The notes below the pieces were generated by a model, which did not search any database, had not been told where the DNA came from, and saw only the letters and a list, made by a program, of their open reading frames with translations. A program made the translations under genes and the position numbers. From sequence record OM456492.1: a stretch of DNA of 64,000 nucleotides; one strand, given 5' to 3'. Positions 57,855-64,000 of this stretch are shown here, in pieces (within the stretch, counting starts at the first letter, position 1; the number at the start of each line of letters is the position of its first letter).

Positions 57855-58282
57855 GTGAGCTTTCACCTGCAATGAAAGCGTGTAACGAAGAATTGCGTTT
57901 GTGTTTTCTTAAGTTTACCGGTAAAGCTTAGCGGTGTATACCGCCACAGATGAAGACCAGTTCTCTATCGGAACTATGTCTTTAATCAGCAACGACGTTG
58001 AAAACGTCGTGATGCTGAGGTAACCTTCCGTCGCCACATTCGCTCATGGCGCTTCTGATTACCACGCCAGTCTTCCCCGACTGTACGTGAAACTGCAAAA
58101 TCATCCGGCCCGCAGACTTCCGCGATGTCTGCTAAAAGGTTCTTTGAAGACCCTATAGCCATCCCCACGCTAGAAAGAACGATACGCCGGGTTGGCTCGG
58201 CCGCCCCTAAACCCCCGACCACGGGATCAGAGACTGTTTCACTACTACATGCTGTTTCTCCCACTTCGTAATTACCCTCCTG
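57855..58282 (-). ncRNA. Candidate large structured non-coding RNA or leader
   Basis: At least nine hairpins in ~430 nt, with G-U pairs consistent with the minus strand. No convincing ORF in an otherwise gene-dense genome. Confidence 0.55.
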
Positions 58283-58378
58283 TTAAAACCAACCTTGCGT
58301 CAATGCAAGGATTGCGCCTAGGGCGTATGCGCCTGCTCCTAGTATCAGGCTACAGACGATACACCCAATCCATTTCAC
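58283..58378 (-). CDS. 31-aa membrane micropeptide
   Basis: GTG overlaps the upstream TAG. MKWIGCIVCSLILGAGAYALGAILALTQGWF. Confidence 0.55.
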   Translation of the reverse strand: MKWIGCIVCSLILGAGAYALGAILALTQGWF

Positions 58379-58509
58379 TAAAATAGCCACGTTACTACAA
58401 ACGCTCCGATTGCGCAAACGATAAACGTGATACCAACATCTGTCCAGGTGGCACCGTCATACGCACCCGTTGCAATCATCGCCGCGTTGACACTATTCAC
58501 GACTGTCAT
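58378..58509 (-). CDS. 43-aa membrane micropeptide
   Basis: MTVVNSVNAAMIATGAYDGATWTDVGITFIVCAIGAFVVTWLF. Overlaps the upstream gene end. Confidence 0.6.
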   Translation of the reverse strand: MTVVNSVNAAMIATGAYDGATWTDVGITFIVCAIGAFVVTWLF

Positions 58510-58696
58510 AAGCCGGGTCCCTTAAACGTGGGGGCTTGCTCCACAGATTACCGAAGTAAACCCCTTCTAAGAACACCAAAACAACTAATCCCCAAAAGGC
58601 AGGCGTGGCACGAGACAAGAAAATACCCAGCAGCACCACTGTGTGCATTACCACAACTGCCCAAAACTTTAAACGTCGCGGTTTACGTGTTGCCAT
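58493..58696 (-). CDS. 67-aa two-TM membrane protein
   Basis: MATRKPRRLKFW... after AAAGGA. Basic N-terminus followed by two hydrophobic helices. Confidence 0.65.
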   Translation of the reverse strand: MATRKPRRLKFWAVVVMHTVVLLGIFLSRATPAFWGLVVLVFLEGVYFGNLWSKPPRLRDPAYDSRE

Positions 58697-58787
58697 GGAA
58701 TGCCCATCCTTTCGTGCGGATAATCCAATCCCAGGCACCACGAATTAACCACAGCGCAATACCGGTTAGTACAATACCTTCGATCAT
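58683..58787 (-). CDS. 34-aa membrane micropeptide
   Basis: ATGA overlap with the upstream stop. MIEGIVLTGIALWLIRGAWDWIIRTKGWAFHGNT. Confidence 0.55.
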   Translation of the reverse strand: MIEGIVLTGIALWLIRGAWDWIIRTKGWAFHGNT

Positions 58788-58975
58788 GACCGTTCCCCTA
58801 CATCTCGCCACTCACAACGTGTATCGAACAGACGTTCTTTAAGAGCAGCAGCTAAATAAACAACCGCAGCGATAACCACTACGGTTGCACAAAAGGAGAG
58901 GTACAGTACCATCACAACAAACTGAAGAAACTGAAAACCCCACCAAGCCCATAAGCGCCAACCTTTATGATGCAT
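58784..58975 (-). CDS. 63-aa membrane protein
   Basis: Overlaps the sbcC stop. Contains a long hydrophobic stretch. Confidence 0.6.
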   Translation of the reverse strand: MHHKGWRLWAWWGFQFLQFVVMVLYLSFCATVVVIAAVVYLAAALKERLFDTRCEWRDVGERS

Positions 58976-61475
58976 ATTTGATTATTACCCCTTCGTTATA
59001 AACCGGTGGAAGCGTTACACCTTCTGGCTCGACGACACAGTAGGTGGCTTCGTTAAGTTTAGAATGAACTTCCGCTTCATGCGAAACGACCAGCAATTGA
59101 GAAAACTCTCCCGACAACGCCAACGATTTAATGAAGTTAACTAATCGGTTTTTGTGTTCTTCATCCATGCCTTCAGATGGTTCATCCAATAACAAAGGAT
59201 AGTTTTGTAAACCAAGCGCTTTATACGCCGTTAAACGAAACATCATGTTAAAGATAATACGCTGTGCTTTCGAACCTTTCTTCACGTCAGGTACCAGTTC
59301 TTCATGGTCTTTTAATCGTACCGGGAATGTGTAATCCAAATCCCCGTCGGTTAAATCGCACGGAATAACCTGCATCGGATATGCCCACACCATTTCGATA
59401 TACCGATTCATTAAATCCATGATGCGGGTAATCGCAGCGTAGAAGTAACGTCTCAGTAAACCTTTTTCAGGAGAAACCGCATTAATAATCAGTCTGGCAT
59501 GGTGGTGTTCTTTGAGCAACTCAGCTTGCTCTTTTTCCAGTTCCGCTAAACGCGCAATAGCCCCTTCCATTTGACGAAACCGTTCACGAGCTGAAGTATA
59601 CGCATCGAGCTTCGCTTCGCGCCGGTTTAACAACTCACGAACTACGACGTTGTTAACGGAGATGTTCATTTCCGATACCAGATGTTCGTAGCCCTTTTGG
59701 AAACGTTCGATTGCTTCTTTGGTTTGTTGCAGTTGGGTGGTTTCGCGTTCCAGCTCATTGGCTTGTCTGCGGTATTCTATCAGTCGACGGTTAGCCCCGT
59801 CTAGTTGTGAACGGATATGTTCAATTTTCTGGCTCAGCGCACCATCAACATTACCTACCGCGGCAACAGCCTCTTGCCATTCCCGTTCCGCTGTTGCAAG
59901 CTTCGCCGATTGACGCAGATACATCATGGCCGAATCTAACTCTTCGGTAAAGGCACGTGCAATGGCACCATAACGATCCCGCGACGTGGTGAAGATATCC
60001 AGCTCCTGCAGTTTACGGAAAAACAAACCGACAACAGGATGATTGGAATAGGACATGACAATTTCGCGAATCGTACGTAGGCTACGGACGTCCTCTTCAA
60101 TCTCTTTGCGGTCACGCAAAAGACTATCCATTTCGTCTTTCAGCTGTTTTTTCCAACCTTCGTTATCGTTGATGGCCTTTTCAATTTCAGGTAACGACTT
60201 ACGAATCCCAGGACGGAAACGGTGGTTACACTGTGGACAATCAACTTCTGCAGTTTCTAAGAAGTGTTGACGGTCGTGGTATAAACCGTGTAGCACATTC
60301 TCACAACGTTGCAGCTTTTCAGATAGACCCGCAGAGGTTAAATCCATACCCTGTAAACGCTTCTCTAACGCTCCCAGGCGCTCTGTTGTCTTTAACTGGT
60401 CCAGATGCATGGACAACGGTAAATTCCAGTTACAGGCATCGTTTAACGCATTCTGAATGCTATCCACGTCGATGCGGGTACCTTCAAACAGAGCCGGGAA
60501 CATCCAGTTCTGTTGGAATGTTGCCAGTTCCTGTTTTAAGCTGTCGATTGTTTGTTTTAGACCGGTATGGTTGCGCATCAGATACGTTTGACGCGACTCC
60601 TCATCCAGTAGCTGTGACAACTCTTTATTGTACATGTTGCATTCAGTTTCGGCAGAGGCCGCTTGCTCACGCCATGCAACCACGCGACTTTGAAACTCGT
60701 TAATCAGTTCGTCAGAAGGCAGAACGCCATAACGTTCCATAATGAGTTTTACAGCCGGTTGCAACGAAGCAATGCGTTTCCGGATACTGTCAACCGAAAC
60801 AGCGTTATCTAAACCGGGCCTTGCTTCAATTGTGCGGTTTAATTCCTGAAGCTCAGCATCGAGTTCTTTCAAACGAACTTCTAAACGTGCACGATCTTCT
60901 TCATCATCAACGACGCGCATTTTTGCTTCGCCGATTTTTCGTCCGGTGTGTTCGATGGCCCCGCTTAAACTGGAAGCGAGTTTACGCAAACGTCGATAGC
61001 AGCCAACAACGTATGTCAGATCAGATTCTGACATTAACGTAAACCATTTACGACGAACTTCGGTAGTGGCGTCGGTTAATAAGGTCTCACCATTAATTAA
61101 CTCTTTGATTTCTTTGGTGATTCCGGTTAATTGCTCCACCATGGAGTTGTAAACTTTAGCGTTTACTGAATCTACGATGGAAACACCTTTAGTGATGTTG
61201 AAGATACTACAAGACAGAGAAGACCCACGACGCAGGACTTCAAACTTAAGACGGTCGTCCCCGACTAACGCGTAGTTAGTGTAAGAACCACCTTCACGGA
61301 ATTCAGATTTTGCTGGAGCTAAGGGGAGAAAAACAGATAGGAGGCTTGTTTTACCGCAACCATTCCCACCGAGGATGATGGTAACGGTTGACTTAAGGGT
61401 GAAATCAAACGTTTCGATTTCATGTAACCCCATGCCGGTAAATCCTTTCAAAATGATACGTTCGACCTTGAGCAT
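58965..61475 (-). CDS. sbcC: SbcC/Rad50-like SMC ATPase
   Basis: Walker A GGNGCGKT, coiled coils with the CPQC zinc hook, GSKAQ signature, LLLDEP Walker B and VSHE H-loop. Confidence 0.92.
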   Translation of the reverse strand: MLKVERIILKGFTGMGLHEIETFDFTLKSTVTIILGGNGCGKTSLLSVFLPLAPAKSEFREGGSYTNYALVGDDRLKFEVLRRGSSLSCSIFNITKGVSIVDSVNAKVYNSMVEQLTGITKEIKELINGETLLTDATTEVRRKWFTLMSESDLTYVVGCYRRLRKLASSLSGAIEHTGRKIGEAKMRVVDDEEDRARLEVRLKELDAELQELNRTIEARPGLDNAVSVDSIRKRIASLQPAVKLIMERYGVLPSDELINEFQSRVVAWREQAASAETECNMYNKELSQLLDEESRQTYLMRNHTGLKQTIDSLKQELATFQQNWMFPALFEGTRIDVDSIQNALNDACNWNLPLSMHLDQLKTTERLGALEKRLQGMDLTSAGLSEKLQRCENVLHGLYHDRQHFLETAEVDCPQCNHRFRPGIRKSLPEIEKAINDNEGWKKQLKDEMDSLLRDRKEIEEDVRSLRTIREIVMSYSNHPVVGLFFRKLQELDIFTTSRDRYGAIARAFTEELDSAMMYLRQSAKLATAEREWQEAVAAVGNVDGALSQKIEHIRSQLDGANRRLIEYRRQANELERETTQLQQTKEAIERFQKGYEHLVSEMNISVNNVVVRELLNRREAKLDAYTSARERFRQMEGAIARLAELEKEQAELLKEHHHARLIINAVSPEKGLLRRYFYAAITRIMDLMNRYIEMVWAYPMQVIPCDLTDGDLDYTFPVRLKDHEELVPDVKKGSKAQRIIFNMMFRLTAYKALGLQNYPLLLDEPSEGMDEEHKNRLVNFIKSLALSGEFSQLLVVSHEAEVHSKLNEATYCVVEPEGVTLPPVYNEGVIIKYAS

Positions 61476-61527
61476 GTTTGCCTTCTAATGAGAAAGTATT
61501 AGTCGTTCATATCCAAAAGGTCATGCG

Positions 61528-61562
61528 TAAAAAAGAAGAAATGGAACCCCGAAGGGTTCCAG
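61528..61562 (-). terminator. Intrinsic terminator
   Basis: TGGAACCC-cgaa-GGGTTCCA plus a T-run on the minus strand. Confidence 0.85.
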
Positions 61563-61571
61563 AGAGGAGAG

Positions 61572-62198
61572 TTATTGCGGAATAAACTTACGGTGTCCGA
61601 GTGATTCCCAAAAACTATCGGTGCGCTCTTTGGTTAATTCGTACCACGCACGCCCGGCATCAGAATCGACAACCTTTAACGTTTCGGTAAGCAGGAATTT
61701 GAACAGTTCAGCGCTACGACCCGGTGCCACGCCATCGAGATATATCGGAATTAAATAACCAGTTTTGATTTCTTCGTACGGTTGCGATTGGTGCTGACCA
61801 ACAACCCAGGCGTCAGCCGCGCTACCGACCAAAGTGGTGTTCACAGTTAACTCATCAGAAATCCAGTTAACGGTATCAGCCATTATTGAATCGCCATTGA
61901 CGTAGAAGAAAACTAAACGTTTAGGTTGCTCCACCGAACCGGCCAAATCTAATGCAGTAGTTCCGGTGAAGATCGTATTATTGGGATTACGTTCTGCAAT
62001 AGGTAGAGCAAACCACGCTTCGAGCTGTTCCCAGCTACGTGGTAATGCTTCTTTAAACCATTTTACTAGCCGCGGGTATTCCAGAAACCCTTCGACTTCT
62101 TCTTCCATCAGATTGATGCGCAGTTTCGTGTCCTGACGATTCGCTTTCTGACATGTCACCATGTCATCGATGAAACGAATCAGGGTAATTTCGTTCAT
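61572..62198 (-). CDS. Hypothetical protein
   Basis: 208 aa, AAGGA RBS, flanked by terminators. Confidence 0.72.
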   Translation of the reverse strand: MNEITLIRFIDDMVTCQKANRQDTKLRINLMEEEVEGFLEYPRLVKWFKEALPRSWEQLEAWFALPIAERNPNNTIFTGTTALDLAGSVEQPKRLVFFYVNGDSIMADTVNWISDELTVNTTLVGSAADAWVVGQHQSQPYEEIKTGYLIPIYLDGVAPGRSAELFKFLLTETLKVVDSDAGRAWYELTKERTDSFWESLGHRKFIPQ

Positions 62199-62216
62199 GT
62201 TTAATCCTTCTTCAAC

Positions 62217-62246
62217 AAAAAAAGAAGGTAGCCCGTAGGCTACCTC
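62217..62246 (-). terminator. Intrinsic terminator
   Basis: AGGTAGCC-cgta-GGCTACCT plus a T-run on the minus strand. Confidence 0.8.
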
Positions 62247-62252
62247 TCGTAT

Positions 62253-62753
62253 TTACAGCCCCATATGCATAAGGGAAATGATTGGGACCTTACGGCCACG
62301 AATCATTGCATACGGTTCGTACATTTGTGCGTTAGTTTCGAATAACTCACAGGCCGGAATACGGTCACCGGTAGAGAGTTGTAAGACTTCGATTTGGTCG
62401 CCCCAGAAGTTATTCACTAATACGTGGTCGACAGTGTTGTCTTCACGACCTTCAGGGGTTTTGCAATAAGTGGCGGCATCGTACCAACCTTTGCGGTATA
62501 CTTCATAACCCGCGTGAAGCATCCGGTAGTACGGACGCAGTTGTGGGGCATTCAACGCAGCATCTAGCCACTCGCTGTGAATGCTGTTAATCAATACGGT
62601 CGCTTCTTCTGGCCACTCACTGCGGTTTAGGGTTAACTCGCCTAACAGCTTTAACTTCCAGCCAGTGGAAAGAATAGCGCGGGTACGTTCTGGATTAACG
62701 TTCATCTGAGTAAAGAAAGTAGAACGAGTATCGTCAAGAATGTTCATGTTCAT
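62253..62753 (-). CDS. Hypothetical protein
   Basis: Start MNMNIL after TAAGGA (track start 62819 runs into the leader). Confidence 0.72.
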   Translation of the reverse strand: MNMNILDDTRSTFFTQMNVNPERTRAILSTGWKLKLLGELTLNRSEWPEEATVLINSIHSEWLDAALNAPQLRPYYRMLHAGYEVYRKGWYDAATYCKTPEGREDNTVDHVLVNNFWGDQIEVLQLSTGDRIPACELFETNAQMYEPYAMIRGRKVPIISLMHMGL

Positions 62754-62780
62754 TTGCTTAGTCCTTACGAGTAATAGTCG

Positions 62781-62856
62781 ATTAAAAAGGACCCTGCGGC
62801 TATGTGTTGGGGATATCACCGCAGGGCCAAAGTGAGATGGGTCGTCATCTCACGTT
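62781..62856 (-). ncRNA. Candidate ~75-nt small RNA or attenuator leader
   Basis: Directly after the promoter motif: hairpin GTGAGATG/CATCTCAC, then CCCTGCGG/CCGCAGGG with TTTTT. Confidence 0.4.
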
Positions 62857-62879
62857 ATAACATCTGTCTGAAAACTTTT
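62857..62879 (-). promoter_or_regulatory. Putative early promoter
   Basis: Minus strand AAAAGTTTTCAGACAGATGTTAT. Confidence 0.55.
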
Positions 62880-62882
62880 CGG

Positions 62883-63266
62883 TTACTGGTCGAGCGCTAC
62901 TGAACCACGCACCACCCCTTGCTGTTCAATAACCAGGAGGCGTTGTTTGGTTTTCGTATTGTAAGCGAGAGACGCGCGAAGCGTCGGGTCGCACGTTATT
63001 GTCTCTACTGGCACAATCTCTTGTGCCTTTGAGTTCAACAAAAAGTAGTAACCTGCCGGACAAGTTTCCTCGCCCTTTGCGTGGACCAGGATGTACTCGT
63101 CGTGCCGGCTGACTTCTTCACATCTACCATCATCCCCAGTACAGACTTCGAACGAAGGCGGGTTGTACTGATACGGTGTGCCTGGTAGTAAATCTTCTAC
63201 GCTAGTTGTAGCTGAAGCAGAAGCGGTAAAGAACACCGCCACGATAATACCCATAAATCCACGCAT
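62883..63266 (-). CDS. Secreted Cys-containing protein (paralog family, copy 3)
   Basis: Signal peptide (TASA-SA) and the pattern C...C...YILV...G...C..GYY...C. Confidence 0.72.
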   Translation of the reverse strand: MRGFMGIIVAVFFTASASATTSVEDLLPGTPYQYNPPSFEVCTGDDGRCEEVSRHDEYILVHAKGEETCPAGYYFLLNSKAQEIVPVETITCDPTLRASLAYNTKTKQRLLVIEQQGVVRGSVALDQ

Positions 63267-63279
63267 GTTGTTTCCTTAC

Positions 63280-63690
63280 TTAAAAGTCGAGTTTATTGAT
63301 GCCTACGTTTTTCTTAATCGTAGGGTCATACATGATAACCGTCAGGGCATTATCACCTGGGTCGCGAGTAAACTCAGCAACGGCTTCACCACTGCAGGCC
63401 TGGTTATCATTATAGTTCATGGTTTCGGCTTGCCCGGTTGCCATGTTAATAACCCCGTATTCCGGGTCGCCACATGCGACGCCGCCCATCGTTTTCACTA
63501 ACAGGTAACGGTTGTTATCGGACATCGCAACGATCTGGCAGCTACCGCCTTGTACGTCAGAGTTCTGGCACCAAAACTGGCCGCCGTATTCGTGATCGTT
63601 AACAACTTTTGGTAACTCGATACTTCCAGCACGAGCGAAGAAGCTAATGGCCAGAGTAGCAAGTAAAACTGGTAATAAAAAATGTTTCAT
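63280..63690 (-). CDS. Secreted Cys-containing protein (paralog family, copy 2)
   Basis: Signal peptide (ARA-GS) and the pattern C...CQIV..S.N.RYLLV...G...C...YG...C. Confidence 0.75.
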   Translation of the reverse strand: MKHFLLPVLLATLAISFFARAGSIELPKVVNDHEYGGQFWCQNSDVQGGSCQIVAMSDNNRYLLVKTMGGVACGDPEYGVINMATGQAETMNYNDNQACSGEAVAEFTRDPGDNALTVIMYDPTIKKNVGINKLDF

Positions 63691-63712
63691 AATGGCACCT
63701 CAATTTTTTGAG

Positions 63713-64000
63713 TTATTCTGAATAGTCGATTGTTTTGATAGTTTCCATACCGTAGTACATAGCGATGGAGGCCAGAGTTTTGGTATCCGGTCGCTGTACA
63801 AAACCGGCCCTGAAATCTTTGCTGCAAATTTTCTCCACTGATAGTTCATCACGATTAGGGATAAGCCATAACGCGTCACCGTTGTGACGGTCGACTGCAC
63901 CCCACCAACCACCTGGGCAATCTTTATCGCCAGGACGGTGTACGATAGCGACACGACCGTTGAAGGATATGTCAACTACACGACACTGTTTCTTAAGCAG
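63713..64000 (-). CDS. Secreted Cys-containing protein (paralog family, copy 1), partial
   Basis: Hand-translated frame open from base 64000: ...QCRVVDISFNGRVAIVHRPGDKDCPGGWWGAVDRHNGDA...KICS...IDYSE*. Not in the ORF track. Confidence 0.7.
   Translation of the reverse strand: MLKKQCRVVDISFNGRVAIVHRPGDKDCPGGWWGAVDRHNGDALWLIPNRDELSVEKICSKDFRAGFVQRPDTKTLASIAMYYGMETIKTIDYSE

Noticed and set aside
57953-57990. AAAGACATAGTTCC resembles the group I intron S element
   Set aside because: No matching R element or P7 partner upstream. The segment pairs locally instead.
58079-58111. Minus strand GGGCCGGATGA...TCACGTACAGTC resembles group II intron domain V
   Set aside because: The triad would be GGC, the two DV stems do not pair properly, there is no GNRA loop, and no domain VI or RT gene is present. 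At most a degenerate relic or chance.
57986-58264. 92-aa ORF (MGETACSS...) across the structured region, with AGGAGG upstream
   Set aside because: The SD-to-GTG spacing is 11 nt and the sequence is low-information and S/G/R-rich. It runs through many stems. Not called as a CDS, but not fully excluded.
63719-63731. AATCGACTATT copy upstream of 63690 (also ACAATCGACTAT near 7370)
   Set aside because: Both lie inside coding sequence and encode T-I-D-Y, so they were not counted as the leader motif.
63700-63975. 91-aa ORF in the track
   Set aside because: It is an alternative frame overlapping the real paralog gene 63713..>64000.
1-64000. tRNA, tmRNA, CRISPR array, integrase, transposase or homing endonuclease
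   Set aside because: No T-loop/CCA cloverleaf, regularly spaced repeats or matching protein motifs were found by eye. A tRNAscan, ARAGORN or CRISPR scan would confirm this.

Overview
The window is a 64-kb segment of a phiKZ-related jumbo myophage of the SPN3US/Seoulvirus type (Chimalliviridae-like, probably infecting Enterobacteria). This is inferred from motifs and gene order recalled from memory; no database search was run. The core genes are: tail sheath and tube, T4-gp21-like prohead protease, four pieces of the split virion RNA polymerase, a 2373-aa tape measure with a lytic transglycosylase domain, ThyA, UvsX/RecA, RNase H, a DEDDh exonuclease, SbcC, a likely spanin pair and a signal-peptide transglycosylase. 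Leftward accessory blocks lie between them. The most unusual observations are: (1) a 62-aa stand-alone protein ending in a near copy of the enterobacterial NrdA redox tail (PS..DD.C..GACKI); (2) an AcrVA2/FinQ-like protein; (3) both a gp30.3-type NADAR and a DarG-type macrodomain, a possible two-arm counter to DarT ADP-ribosylation; (4) a hairpin-dense ~430-nt non-coding stretch behind five translationally coupled membrane micropeptides; (5) a likely dead MazG paralog; (6) recurring promoter and leader motifs plus an RBS-occluding hairpin. No tRNA, CRISPR array, integrase or transposase was seen.
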